DNA of 64,000 nt, taken from positions 3,424,001-3,488,000 of the forward strand of contig OZ243961.1 in the NCBI GenBank assembly GCA_965214605.1, in the 5' to 3' direction. Position 1 is the stretch's first letter; the number at the start of each line of letters is the position of its first letter. Below, one piece after another: positions 1 through 10,840 of the stretch. The notes below the pieces were generated by a model that did no database searches, was not told the DNA's origin, and worked only from the letters and a program-made list of their open reading frames with translations. Position numbers and translations under genes: made by a program. Source of the DNA: an uncultured Candidatus Binatia bacterium (GTDB lineage Bacteria; Desulfobacterota; Binatia; Bin18).

Positions 1-1
1 C

Positions 2-1918
2 GTGCGGGAAGCGGGCTCGCCACTTTTCAACTGCCTTTGGTCCGGCATTATAACCGGCAAGACCCATAATGAGATTGTCATCGTAACGGTCGAACAACTG
101 GCGCAGGTAGCGGGTGCCGAGATCGATGTTCCGGTCGGGGTCTGTGAGGCCGAATCCTGCGTCCATGGCAGTTTGGGCCAGACTTACCGCTGTGCTTGGC
201 AGCAGCTGCATCAGGCCGTAAGCTCGGGCCGAAGACACGGCCTGAGGGTCGAACAGACTCTCTTGGCGTATCAGGGCTAGGACCAGATACGGATCGAGCC
301 GCTGTGCCTGGGCGTAGGGTTGGAGGACCTCCCAGTAGGCCCGCGGAAAATCGTAACGGCGACGTTCGCCGACCGCCAATGGTTGGGCGAGGCGCAGAGC
401 TTGGTGGTGGTCTTCCAGCCTGTGGTACTCGACCAGGAAAAATCGACGAAAAGCCGGTCTACTCGGGGCGGTTGCTCTGAGACGGTCGAGTTCGCGTCGG
501 GCAAAGTCTAAGAGTCCGAGTTGGGAGAGGGCTTGGCTGCGTTGGTAGTAGGTACTGAGGGGCGCAGAGAGTGCTGGGGGACCGACCCTGGGTTGGGCTC
601 CTAAGGCCAGTGGCTGGGGCGTCAGGCCCAGGCGTTTTTCCGCCCATAGGGCGTAATAGCCCTCAGCGTCGTCCTGCAATAGCCTATGGTACAGCGCCTT
701 CGCTTGGGTGTGTTTGGCCTGTTTGTCGAGGCTGCGCGCCTGCCAGTACAGGGCGCTGGCCGCCTCTGGACTGTCGGGGGCCAGATGGATAAGACTGGCA
801 AAGTGCTGCTCGGCTTGGTCGAACTCTCCGCGTTGATAGGCCATCCAGCCCTGATGCCAACGGCCGTCCCGGGCTGCTGTGCTCGCGGGAAAACGCTTGG
901 CTAGCTGCTGGTAGACGTGGCTGGCACGCGTCTCGTCCTTGTATGATTGATGGATGCGACCGATAGCGTACAGGACCTCGGCTGCCAGAGTGTGGTGAGG
1001 AAATTTGTCAACGAAGCTCTCAAACAGGTCAAGCGCCCGCTCGTCCTGATCGGTATTCCACAGCAGTCTGGCCCACCGGTATAAGGCTCTGGCGCTGCTT
1101 GGGGAGCGCGCGACCAGTATTTGCAGAGCCGTGGACGCGTCTTGGGTTCGCCCCTGGGCGCGATAGATTTTCGCCATGGCCCGGAGATCTTGAGCCGAGA
1201 GCTGGGTGAGCGAAAATCGCTGCTCGAACTGCTGACCTAGGGCTGTCAGTGCTGGATGGTCAGCCTCCAGGGCCAGCAGCTGCATTTCTTCGACATAGGC
1301 AGCCGGCTCTTTGGGGTGAAACCGCTCAGCCGTTTGGCGTAGCCGCAGGATGTGTGTCTTAGCGGTTTGAGCAGCGGCAGACAGAGAGGCGGTGCGGCGG
1401 AGCTGTTGATACAGGACATAGGCTTTGTCGGGTTGGCCGGTGTGTTCTTGAGCGTGGGCCGAAATGAGCGTGGCCGCCTGCCGGACCGACTCCATACCAG
1501 AACTGCGGGCGTGGTCGGCATAGCGCATCGCCTTGAGCCAGTTTTTTTCTGCCTGGGCCAGCCGGGCCAAAGCCAGGTTGGTGGGTGCGTGCCAGGGGCT
1601 GCCGGAGTGCTCTTTGAGCAGGCGGAGCCAGGTCTTCTTTGCCCGGACGGGCTGGCCTGTCTTGAGCTGAGCCTGGGCCAGATAGTATAGGCTGTAATCG
1701 GCCAGGAGGGGGTAGACTTCTAACGCCTGTTGCAGCAGACGCTGAGCCCGGGCGAACTGGCCGTCTTGGACCGCGTTGTAGCCCTGCAGAAAAATCTCGC
1801 CAGGGCTGGCTGGTGTCTCAGCGTGAACAGCGGGAGCCCCAGCCGATATCAGACAGCTCAGACACACTAGGCCAAGACACATCCCCATTTTTTGTTGGGA
1901 TGTTGAGGAATGTGACAT
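2..1918 (-). CDS. Soluble lytic murein transglycosylase with TPR-like superhelical N-terminus (3' end runs off the window; absent from the ORF track)
   Basis: Manual minus-strand translation from ATG 1918 is open to the window edge. It has a signal-peptide-like N-terminus, helical TPR-like repeats, then SLT motifs LDPYLVLALIRQES, GLMQL and AGYNAG. Confidence 0.9.
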   Translation of the reverse strand, partial: MSHSSTSQQKMGMCLGLVCLSCLISAGAPAVHAETPASPGEIFLQGYNAVQDGQFARAQRLLQQALEVYPLLADYSLYYLAQAQLKTGQPVRAKKTWLRLLKEHSGSPWHAPTNLALARLAQAEKNWLKAMRYADHARSSGMESVRQAATLISAHAQEHTGQPDKAYVLYQQLRRTASLSAAAQTAKTHILRLRQTAERFHPKEPAAYVEEMQLLALEADHPALTALGQQFEQRFSLTQLSAQDLRAMAKIYRAQGRTQDASTALQILVARSPSSARALYRWARLLWNTDQDERALDLFESFVDKFPHHTLAAEVLYAIGRIHQSYKDETRASHVYQQLAKRFPASTAARDGRWHQGWMAYQRGEFDQAEQHFASLIHLAPDSPEAASALYWQARSLDKQAKHTQAKALYHRLLQDDAEGYYALWAEKRLGLTPQPLALGAQPRVGPPALSAPLSTYYQRSQALSQLGLLDFARRELDRLRATAPSRPAFRRFFLVEYHRLEDHHQALRLAQPLAVGERRRYDFPRAYWEVLQPYAQAQRLDPYLVLALIRQESLFDPQAVSSARAYGLMQLLPSTAVSLAQTAMDAGFGLTDPDRNIDLGTRYLRQLFDRYDDNLIMGLAGYNAGPKAVEKWRARFPH

Positions 1919-1970
1919 TTCCGATTACCCTACAGTCCTTCATACCAAAAAAAGTCTAGGACGCGAACAC

Positions 1971-2393
1971 ATGCGGACACAAAACGGTTGGCACAAGCAG
2001 TACGTAGGCTGGCTAGTGGTGGGAGGTTTGGCTACCCTGCTGAGCTGTAGCTCAATCCCGGGTTTCCGATCCGACTCTGAGGAGAGTGAAGCGGGGCAGA
2101 GGCTATATCTGCAAGTCTCGCCGGAAGAGGCCCTTGATATTCTGACCGCGCTTGCCCCGGAACACGGCTGGGAGATCAAAAGCGTTGGCAACCAGTATGA
2201 TCTTACCGGTCTACGCGGAAAGTATTTTCGCCTGGAAACCCGTCGGCTGATTGGCGGGGCGTCTGAAATGAGCGGAGTGTTTTTCAGCGACCTCAAAGGC
2301 TCCTACGTCCTGGTCGGCAAGCGGGAGATGGGCTTGCCCGAAGACTTGGTCGATCCACTCAAGTCAGCCATTCAGGAGCGGAACGGGAGCTGA
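1971..2393 (+). CDS. Hypothetical lipoprotein
   Basis: Hydrophobic N-terminus ending in lipobox-like LLSC; the ORF fills the gap between the slt-like gene and copA. Confidence 0.7.
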   Translation: MRTQNGWHKQYVGWLVVGGLATLLSCSSIPGFRSDSEESEAGQRLYLQVSPEEALDILTALAPEHGWEIKSVGNQYDLTGLRGKYFRLETRRLIGGASEMSGVFFSDLKGSYVLVGKREMGLPEDLVDPLKSAIQERNGS

Positions 2394-2394
2394 T

Positions 2395-4623
2395 TCAAGC
2401 CGCCCCAAAGCGCCGCAGCCGAAGCGAGTTGGTAATGACCGACACGGAGCTGAGGGCCATGGCTAGGGCGGCCAGCATCGGATTGAGCAAGACCTGGAAA
2501 AATGGGTACAGCACGCCCGCCGCAATTGGGATGCCGGCAACATTATAAAAAAAGGCCCAGAACAAATTCTGTTTGATCAGTCGCATGGTGCGGCGAGACA
2601 GACGCAGCGCCGTGACCACCGAGCTGAGGTCGCCCCGCACCAGAGTAATATCGGCGGCGTCCATCGCCACATCCGTTCCCGTGCCTAGGGCGATTCCAAC
2701 ATCGGCTTGAACCAGAGCGGGGGCATCGTTAATGCCGTCTCCGACCATGCCGACGATTTGTCCATCCGCCTGCAAGCTTTTGATCTGGGCGGCTTTGTCT
2801 TGGGGTAGGACCTCGGCCACGACATGGCGAATGCCGGCCTGGCGGGCAATCGCCTCGGCCGTGGGTTGCTTGTCCCCGCTGAGCATCACGATATCAAGGC
2901 CTAGCTGACGGAGCTGCTGCAGGCTGCCAGCGGCCTCAGGTTTTAGTCTATCAGCCACGCCAATGAGGCCGACGGCCTGTCCGGCGATGGCTAGAAACAG
3001 GGGGGTTTTTCCCGATTGGGCGAGGTGTTGGGCGTCCGCCTCGAGCCGACCGGTATCAATCGCTCGCTCTTGCAGCAGGCGTTGGGTCCCGAGGAGGACG
3101 GGGTGTTCTTCAAGTCGGCCGCTCACACCCTGACCCGGAAGGGCTTCAAAAGCATCGACTTCGGTCAGAGCCAGGTGCTGTGCCTGGGCTCGACGGACAA
3201 TCGCCTGGCCAAGTGGATGTTCGCTCGTGCGTTCCAGGCTGGCCGCCACGCGCAACAGCTCAGTTTCCGCCATGGTCGGGGCAATCACGTCGGTCACCTC
3301 CGGCTGGCCGGTGGTCAGGGTGCCGGTTTTATCGAACACCAGCGTGGTCAAAGCCTGGGCCTGTTCGAGGGCGTCGCCGCTCTTTATCAGTACCCCGTGC
3401 TGGGCGCCTCGACCGGTGCCGACCATGATTGCGGTTGGTGTTGCCAGACCAAGGGCGCAGGGACAGGCAATAATCAGCACGGCGACAAAATTCATGAGGG
3501 CAAAGGGCACTACGGGATGCGGGCCCCACACCAGCCAGACGAGCAGGGTGAGGGCGGCCAGGACGATGACGCTCGGCACAAAGTAAGCGGCGATGGTGTC
3601 GGCCAGTCGCTGGATAGGGGCTTTGGTGCTCTGGGCGTGGCGGACGAGGCGGACAATTTGGGCCAGGCGGGTGTCTTGCCCGACATGGGTAGCTTCGAGT
3701 GTAAAAGCGCCCGTCTTGTTCAGAGTCGCCCCCACCACCGGCTCTCCGGCTCGCTTGTCAACCGCAAGACTCTCGCCGGTCAACATGGATTCGTCAACCA
3801 CAGAGCTACCGCTGAGGATAAGGCCGTCGACCGGGATCTTTTCACCAGGGCGGACCGCGATATGGTCACCAACCCGGACCTGGGCCAGCGGGACTTCGAT
3901 CTCGCGTCCGTCGCGAACGATGCGGGCCGTCGGCGGCTGCAAATTCAGCAGGCCACGGATTGCGTCCGCCGTCCGCCCTTTGGCCCGGGCTTCCAAAAAA
4001 CGGCCGAGCAGGATGAGGGTGATAATCATGGCCGCGGTTTCAAAATAGACCTGGGGGACCTGGCCGGTGGCGACGAACAGGCCGGGAGCCAGGGTGGCAA
4101 CCGCGCTATACCCGTAGGCCGCCGAGGTTCCGACTGCGATCAACGTGTTCATATCGCTCGTGCCGTGGCGGGCTGCGGTCCAGGTACTACGATAGAACGG
4201 CCAGCCAAGCCAGAACTGGACTGGTGTGGTCAGTATCAACAGCACCAGCGGTTGACTGATAAGCGGCAGGCTCAGCATGGAGCCCAACATGACCAAGCTG
4301 GTCAGGCCGGCACTGAGACCGAGTTTCTTTTTCAGCTGGGACAGTTCGACCCGCTGCTGTTGGTCCTGACTGTCTTGGTCCTGTCTTTCCAGCGCTTCAT
4401 AGCCGACTGACTGAATGGCCCTGCTGAGGTCGGCCGGACTGGTCTGGTCGGACCGATATTCAATCAGCGCGTCTTCGCTAGCCAGACTGACGCTAGCCCG
4501 CACTACCCCGGGGGTTGCCACCAGAGCACGTTCGACCTTGCCCACACATCCGGCGCAGTGCATCCCACGGATACCGACAACCGTCGTTGTTGGCTTGGGC
4601 TCCATACGGGGTTCGACTGGCAT
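2395..4623 (-). CDS. copA: Cu(I)-translocating P1B-type ATPase
   Basis: GMHCAGC metal-binding domain, [24 protein letters not shown] and MALSS motifs. Start set at ATG 4623 behind an AGAGGAG RBS. Confidence 0.93.
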   Translation of the reverse strand: MPVEPRMEPKPTTTVVGIRGMHCAGCVGKVERALVATPGVVRASVSLASEDALIEYRSDQTSPADLSRAIQSVGYEALERQDQDSQDQQQRVELSQLKKKLGLSAGLTSLVMLGSMLSLPLISQPLVLLILTTPVQFWLGWPFYRSTWTAARHGTSDMNTLIAVGTSAAYGYSAVATLAPGLFVATGQVPQVYFETAAMIITLILLGRFLEARAKGRTADAIRGLLNLQPPTARIVRDGREIEVPLAQVRVGDHIAVRPGEKIPVDGLILSGSSVVDESMLTGESLAVDKRAGEPVVGATLNKTGAFTLEATHVGQDTRLAQIVRLVRHAQSTKAPIQRLADTIAAYFVPSVIVLAALTLLVWLVWGPHPVVPFALMNFVAVLIIACPCALGLATPTAIMVGTGRGAQHGVLIKSGDALEQAQALTTLVFDKTGTLTTGQPEVTDVIAPTMAETELLRVAASLERTSEHPLGQAIVRRAQAQHLALTEVDAFEALPGQGVSGRLEEHPVLLGTQRLLQERAIDTGRLEADAQHLAQSGKTPLFLAIAGQAVGLIGVADRLKPEAAGSLQQLRQLGLDIVMLSGDKQPTAEAIARQAGIRHVVAEVLPQDKAAQIKSLQADGQIVGMVGDGINDAPALVQADVGIALGTGTDVAMDAADITLVRGDLSSVVTALRLSRRTMRLIKQNLFWAFFYNVAGIPIAAGVLYPFFQVLLNPMLAALAMALSSVSVITNSLRLRRFGAA

Positions 4624-6226
4624 GGCGATACTCTCTCCTCTGTATACATCTCGCTTCTCAGCACCAAGGTCAAGGGATGGCCCGCGTTTGATCTGGACCT
4701 TGGGACTATGCCGGACTGCCGTTTCGTCCCGGATTGAGGCCAATCTTGAGTGCTGCCCTCTTTCCCTCACAGTGGCGCCTCTGCCAGAGCTTGCCATGTC
4801 ATGATGATAGGAGGCTTACGCCGGTCTCCCACTACCCTACGGGATTGAGGTCGAAGAAGAACGCGGTGACGGCGGCACAGAATGCAGTGAGTGCAGACGG
4901 CGGCACTGTGGTGGCACTTTGCTGAGCCGCATCAGGACAGCTCACACTAGAGGGGAATCTGAACGCAAAGCAGCCCGTGAGTTGAGCCACCTGCTTGAGC
5001 CACACAGGTACGTTGGCGCCCTCATCAGCTATGATACTGCCGAGTGATTCACGATCGGCTAGGAACAGGATGTCGGCAGTGTTCCTCACGGATGCTTGTT
5101 GCTCGCTCCGAGAATGCGGCTAGACAGCGAGTCACTAGACCCCAACGACGCCCTTGATTTTGCTGGGTGCCCTGAGAGTTAGTCCTCTTCCCAACGACGT
5201 GGAGCTGAAACACCCGGCTGGAAGCGGGACAAAGAGCGATGCAGACCAGCGATAACCGGGATGAGGATGGCACTCCTAGACCAGATGCGCTATGCCGGGG
5301 CCGCATACTAGGCACCTCTTCCAGTGTTGCTCCTCAGGCAAAGTGCGGGAGTTTTTGCGCGCGGTCCGCGAAAAACTGGACTGGCGGCGAGACCAAGTAA
5401 ACCACCCCCTGCTGACCCTTGTCCCCATTCGCTTCCCGGAAAAATCGGTCGCTCCTTCGTCTAACCGAACGGGCCGGACTACCGCGTACGGTGGTGGCAT
5501 GAAACAGGGAGATAAGCCCACCAGATATCAATCCCAGGCGCATTTATGAGCATGCGTGACCGCGCCGGTCGTCCGCAGAGAGGCAGAGGTGTTGCTGGGG
5601 AGCAGTGCTTAGCAACCACTTGACTTGGCCAAGAGGTCAGGGAAGGCAGAGGGGCTCAAGCGAAACTCCTGCTTGCCTCTTCACCCTACCACAAGGTGAC
5701 GGACGCCTACTCCGATCAATAGCTCGTTGTGGTTGTTGGGCGGCGGGCCTGCACGTGCTGATTCGCGAACGAGCAACCAGATATAGCGGCAAGTCCAGCG
5801 ATGAACACCAACACCGGCAATTATTGATCGGGGATTCGCTAGGCTCAATCCCATTCTCAGCACGGACGCGGTAGTCTACGGCGGAACCGATCGTCGGGAA
5901 TCACCATATCAGGATGCCTTGGCCGTGCTCACTCGTCATTTCCCGGAAAAGAGCATCACAGAGATGCTCCATCCCCCGAACCCAGACCACCAACCGGACA
6001 ACCGTGGCGGGGAGCACCGGGACAAGCCAACTGTGAGGTAGATCTCATCCTCAAACCAGGTTAGAGCTAAGGAGCGGGCGCGGCAATGAGCGGCTTCTTG
6101 TCGCGACAGCCAAGAAAGGCGTACGATCTTGAAGACACGACTGAGTCTGGGAGCAATGCCCGCTGCTCAACATCGTTTTGCGACTTTCCATATGAATACA
6201 GCGCTGTTCTGAACGGAGGAAACACC

Positions 6227-7660
6227 ATGGCCAATACCAAAACCGTCTCTGTCGTATGTGGTGATACACGTGTTAATGCTCAACTGCCGGACCGGACATC
6301 GATCTTGCGATCCCCGGCTCCACTGCCCGCGCTTGCCGACCCCGAGGCCGCGATCCGGGCGGCCTTGGCCGCCCCGATTCAGCATGAGCCGATCGCCAAA
6401 CTAGTCGGTCCGGCCTCGAAGGTCACGATTGCGTTTGATGATCCCGTTATCCCCCAAATCCCGATGACCCCCCCCGACTTTCGCGCCATGGCCATTCCGA
6501 TTCTCCTCCAAGAACTCGAAAAGGCCGGTGTTCAGCGCCATAACGTCACCCTGATCTGTGCCAACGCCTTACACCGCAAATGGACGACGAGCGAGCTGGA
6601 AACCATCCTCGGACCCCAGGTCACAAACACCTTTGGGCCGAGTCGTCTCCTGTGTCACGACGCCGAAGACCGGGAGAACTTGGTGGCCTTGGGCGAAACC
6701 CACCGCAGCATTGAGGTGGAGATCAACAGGGCCGTCGTGGACTCCGATCAGGTCTTTTACGTCAACATCACCAGTTTGCCGTTTCACGGAGGCTGGAAGT
6801 CGGTGGCGATTGGCCTGAGTTCCTTTCGTTCGATTCGACATCACCACCGGCCGTTTCGGGCCGCTAGCGGCAAGTCGGTCATGGATGCCAAGCGCTCGTC
6901 ATTCCAAAAGCTGGTGGGAGAAATTGGGACGATTATCGACCAAGCCCTGGCCGAAAAGGGGCGCCGTATCTTTACCCTTGAATCAGTGCTCAACAGCAAC
7001 CAACCGGCCGAACTAGTGGCGGTCTTTGCCGGACATATTCCTGAGGTGCACGAGCGGACCTTAGCCAAGCTCTACGAGCAGCAGGTCCTGCCCGTGTCCC
7101 GGCAGACCGATGTCGGCATCTTTGGCATTCCTAACCAGACCTACTATGCCAACCTCTCCCAAACCAACCCGATCTTGGTCCGCAACCAGGCTCTGTCGTA
7201 CAGTTTTGGTCTGTACCAACAGCGTCCTTTGATCCGTGAGGGGGGGATTGGGATTTTCGTCAATCCGTGCATGCCGCGCTTCCACGCCCGCCATCATCCC
7301 TCTTATATCGAGCTGTATGACGAACATCTGTCCGAGACCCAGGACCCGTTTGAGCTGTGGGAGTTGTTCGCCGACGATTTTGCCCATCGGCCCGAATATG
7401 TGCACAAATACCGCTATGCGTACGGGTTTCATGGCTCGCACCCGCTGATTCTCTGGGGGCAGGGTGCATTTCCACTCAGACATATGGGACGCGCCTTTTT
7501 GGCCGGGGCCCAAGACCCCGACGCCGCCCGGCGGATCGGCTTTGAGCCCTTTGCCACGCTTGAAGAGGCCGTTGCCGAAGCTGAGGCGTGTTTGGGGAAA
7601 GACTGTACGATTACCCATCCTTCGATGCCGCCGATGTTTGTCACCTCAGTAGACGCCTAA
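6227..7660 (+). CDS. Lactate racemase (LarA/DUF2088) domain protein
   Basis: AFDD, ANALHR, CHDAED and FHGGWKS motifs are collinear with LarA-family motifs. ATG 6227 follows GGAGG. Confidence 0.8.
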   Translation: MANTKTVSVVCGDTRVNAQLPDRTSILRSPAPLPALADPEAAIRAALAAPIQHEPIAKLVGPASKVTIAFDDPVIPQIPMTPPDFRAMAIPILLQELEKAGVQRHNVTLICANALHRKWTTSELETILGPQVTNTFGPSRLLCHDAEDRENLVALGETHRSIEVEINRAVVDSDQVFYVNITSLPFHGGWKSVAIGLSSFRSIRHHHRPFRAASGKSVMDAKRSSFQKLVGEIGTIIDQALAEKGRRIFTLESVLNSNQPAELVAVFAGHIPEVHERTLAKLYEQQVLPVSRQTDVGIFGIPNQTYYANLSQTNPILVRNQALSYSFGLYQQRPLIREGGIGIFVNPCMPRFHARHHPSYIELYDEHLSETQDPFELWELFADDFAHRPEYVHKYRYAYGFHGSHPLILWGQGAFPLRHMGRAFLAGAQDPDAARRIGFEPFATLEEAVAEAEACLGKDCTITHPSMPPMFVTSVDA

Positions 7661-7670
7661 GCAGGATGCC

Positions 7671-8441
7671 TTAGTCGAACTGAGCACGATAAATCCGTTG
7701 GCGTCGGGAGCTGTCGGACAGCTTGCGGAACAGGAGGCCCCGAAAGACCATCAGGACGTACAGCAGCCCGGCGTTTAGGACGGCCACCAGCAGCGCGGCG
7801 GGTGAGCCCGACAGCAGGCCGCTCAACAGCGTCGGAAAAGACAGCTGTCCAATCTCTAGCGGAGCGGTCAAGATTGACAGCGGCAGGATGACCGCTGAAA
7901 CCAGCGCTAGAACAACTAGCGGGGCAAACCACTCAACTCCGTTCTCCCACAGAAAATCTAGGCTTTCCTGGAGCATGGCGAACCCGGCGCTGCGGCCCTG
8001 ATAGATGATCTCCGGGATCGGGTTCAGAATGATTAACAGGACGAGGTCAATAATAGACAAAACCGTTTGTGAGGACTGACTCGGAACGACCAGGATGCCG
8101 AGTATGATGCGCAGGACGAACATGAAAAACAGCATGCTAATGACCGGGCCCCAGTACGGCCGCCAACTGTTGACTAACTCCCGGGGCCGAACCCGGTTTC
8201 CCTGCACGACCTCGGAGATGAAATATAAATACGAGCCGCTACACATGGCCAGCATAAACCCCAGGATGAAACCGCCGACTATGCCCAGCAGAGAGGCGAA
8301 TCTGGCCACCACGAGCAGGATCAACAGATACACGAAGGGCAGCAGGGCCACCCACCAGGAGCGCTGGATTTTTTGCCAGGTTTCGAGAGCGGCGGTGTAA
8401 TACAGGTGCAGCGTGGCTCGGATTAGGGCAGCCCAGTCCAT
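7671..8441 (-). CDS. Hypothetical integral membrane protein
   Basis: 256 aa with about six hydrophobic segments; lies 12 bp downstream of the nitroreductase gene. Confidence 0.8.
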   Translation of the reverse strand: MDWAALIRATLHLYYTAALETWQKIQRSWWVALLPFVYLLILLVVARFASLLGIVGGFILGFMLAMCSGSYLYFISEVVQGNRVRPRELVNSWRPYWGPVISMLFFMFVLRIILGILVVPSQSSQTVLSIIDLVLLIILNPIPEIIYQGRSAGFAMLQESLDFLWENGVEWFAPLVVLALVSAVILPLSILTAPLEIGQLSFPTLLSGLLSGSPAALLVAVLNAGLLYVLMVFRGLLFRKLSDSSRRQRIYRAQFD

Positions 8442-8453
8442 GGTCCGTCCTGT

Positions 8454-9098
8454 CTATTTGTACGGCGTGCCCCAGCGGTCTTGAAAGGTCACGGCTTCGA
8501 GCCCCAGCCGTGATACCGGGCCGAACCGCCCGACCGGATAGCCGATCGGAAGAATGGCAAATGTCTCCGCATTGTCGGGCAGTCCCAGGATGTGGTTGAC
8601 CTCTTTTTCAAATAACAGGTGGCGCGTTGTCAGGGTGGCACCCAGACCGAGGCCACGCGCGGCCAACAGCATATTCTGGAGGGCCGGATAGATAGACGCG
8701 CCAGACATTTTTTCCAGGCCGATAGATGCGGCAAAGTCGCCCACCAAGCAGCCAACAATCAGGACTGGCGCCTCATGAAAGTGCTCGGTCAGATAGACTA
8801 CCGCTTTGAGCATACGCCGTTTTTGTTGCTCGGTTTTGCCCGGCGGAGGTGGATTGGATTCGTAGCGCTTCAGGACCACCTGGTCAAGCGCCTTTTTGTA
8901 CAGGACCTGGATCTGCTTTTTGATCTCGGCGTTTTTCGCCACAATAAACCGCCAGTGTTGGGCATCACCTCCGCTTGGGGCGCCTAGTCCGGCGGCAATA
9001 ATCTGCCGAATAAGCGCATCGGGAACCGGAGTCGGTTTCAAGCGACGCATCGCCCGCATCGTATGCATGGCTTCAAACAGTCCAATTTCGTCCGCCAT
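8454..9098 (-). CDS. Nitroreductase family protein
   Basis: RAMRR, APSGGDAQHWRF, QNMLLAARGLGLG and PIGYP motifs. Confidence 0.9.
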   Translation of the reverse strand: MADEIGLFEAMHTMRAMRRLKPTPVPDALIRQIIAAGLGAPSGGDAQHWRFIVAKNAEIKKQIQVLYKKALDQVVLKRYESNPPPPGKTEQQKRRMLKAVVYLTEHFHEAPVLIVGCLVGDFAASIGLEKMSGASIYPALQNMLLAARGLGLGATLTTRHLLFEKEVNHILGLPDNAETFAILPIGYPVGRFGPVSRLGLEAVTFQDRWGTPYK

Positions 9099-9245
9099 AA
9101 AAGGCCCTCCTTTGCCTGCGCTTGTATCATGCAGACTAGCGGAAAGGAATTGCCATGCCTGTCTCCCTCCACCGGATTGAGCGGCTGCACCAAAATGCTC
9201 GTGACGGCAATCGGCGAGATAGAGCGAATCAGGAAGAGCTAGCTG

Positions 9246-10130
9246 TTATACGCCCTCTGACTTGGCCCTCCAGACAAAAGCTCCCGGAGACGCACGGGTG
9301 AGCATCTGGCTGCTAAAGATCACGATTAGCAGGGCGTCCGTCGACAACACGTCATTGGGGACGCTAGGGTCGGCCAAGCCAAAGAACTGTGCGCACGGGT
9401 CGCAGGGAATGCCAGACGGAAAAATCACCCCGCCTCCAGGTCGCCTAGGTCGTGTCTTTAGCCCTTTTCGTCAATACAGCAGTGTGGCAAAGCTCGGCAG
9501 CACGAAGAAGACTAGCGTGCCAAAGCTCATCGGCAGGGGCCGAAAGATCAGTCCCGACCCTAGCAGTAGGCTCTAGCGGAAAAGCACAAAGCCGAATAGG
9601 GCAGAGCGGCCGGCGCGGCGCTAGCCGCATAGAAACGTGGCACGGCCGCTGTCTGTCTCCGTTTTCTAGGGAACTCCGCTAGGTCTCCATAATCCCGGAC
9701 GCGCTCAGGCATGAAAAAGGGGCCTGGCCCATGTCCTCTAGCCCGGATCGGGCGGTCAGTTACTCCCAGGTCGGACTCAGCAAAAAGGCAAGGCCCACCC
9801 GCAGTACATCAGCAGCCCGCACAGCATAACAGCAGCATTATGATCTGTTGCTCAAGACCGCTCGTCCCTCCCGGCGTGACAACCATCATAAAAACGGTGT
9901 ACCGCTACCACATTCGCGTCAGCCGGCTCGTGAACAGAGCCCCCATGGCCTCGGCCGACTGTCCGGCAAAGCTGTCTATCGGAGATGGTAACGCTGGAGT
10001 AAAGCCCCGGGGCCACCGACAACGGTGGAGGAGGATAGCGCCACAAAGCCGAAGCCACTCAAAGCCCCGGCTGAGTGTGGCCTCAGAGCTTAAAAGAGCG
10101 GCTGACGACGTCACGAGATCGATCAGAGAT
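9246..10130 (-). pseudogene. Possible eroded membrane-protein gene
   Basis: Hydrophobic minus-strand pieces separated by stops (LLLGSGLIFRPLPMSFGTLVFFVLPSFATLLY*, DALLIVIFSSQML); no intact ORF and family not recognised. Confidence 0.35.
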
Positions 10131-10354
10131 TCGGCCTGAAAGACCTACGGTCCGTACAGCGTAGGGAGACCACAACGAACGAGAAGCGCCGGATATTGCC
10201 GAACTCAATTGCCGTTAAGAGAAAGCCAAATGAGCCTGACTTGTCACGGGACCGTACCAGGCGAGTCTCTCTCTGCTCGCCTGGCCTACCGTGGCTGCTG
10301 CTGGACAGGTGGGCAGTCCGGAGTGTGACGCTGTCTGGCCAGCAGCCAGGCTCT

Positions 10355-10840
10355 TTACTCGGCTGGCCCGTACTTGATCAACACGCGGGAGCCGTCCTGA
10401 AAACCTGACCGAAAGCCTTTTTCATACGACCTCCAGCCGTCGGGATATTTCTGCGCCAAGCGTTCAAACAGGAGTGCGATCAGCTCGACGTCCTCGACAA
10501 TTGAGCCGGTGGCATCGAAGGCCGGCCCGTCGGGTTTACCTAGGGCGACCTTGGCTTTTGTGCGGCCTGCTACGATTCGTTTGGCCCGGTGGGTCGTCTT
10601 TGGCGTCCCAACCCACACCGCTCCATCGTGATACATGTACCAGATCTCAGCCGGGCGACCCAAATCACCGCTCTTCCGTTCGCTCGCAATATAGGCGTAT
10701 TTGCTGGTTTTGAGGGCTTCTTCAAGCTCTGCCGGGAACTCGGTCGCTGACACGCGCTGCGACAGGGCTAGTAGACCGCTGAGCGCAATAACGGCGCTTA
10801 CGAAAAGTGCGAGGTGTCGCATAGTCTTCCTCCTGCTCAT
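10355..10840 (-). CDS. Pyridoxamine 5'-phosphate oxidase-like (split beta-barrel, FMN/F420-binding) protein with signal peptide
   Basis: YIASERKSG...EIWY...VWVGT...RAKRI and QKY patterns of PPOX-class proteins. Hydrophobic N-terminus; the ATG overlaps the upstream stop (ATGA). Confidence 0.7.
   Translation of the reverse strand: MSRRKTMRHLALFVSAVIALSGLLALSQRVSATEFPAELEEALKTSKYAYIASERKSGDLGRPAEIWYMYHDGAVWVGTPKTTHRAKRIVAGRTKAKVALGKPDGPAFDATGSIVEDVELIALLFERLAQKYPDGWRSYEKGFRSGFQDGSRVLIKYGPAE

Noticed and set aside
3016-4410. 464-aa plus-strand ORF and other long antisense ORFs (15794-16573, 16881-17810, 22571-23383, 51365-52015, 54716-55438)
   Set aside because: Shadow ORFs opposite well-supported genes, expected from GC-rich codon bias; no recognisable motifs.
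4833-4845. TACCCTACGGGAT, resembling half of a CsoR operator upstream of copA
   Set aside because: The right half does not complete the TACC...GGTA palindrome, it lies about 210 bp from the start, and no csoR is present in the window.
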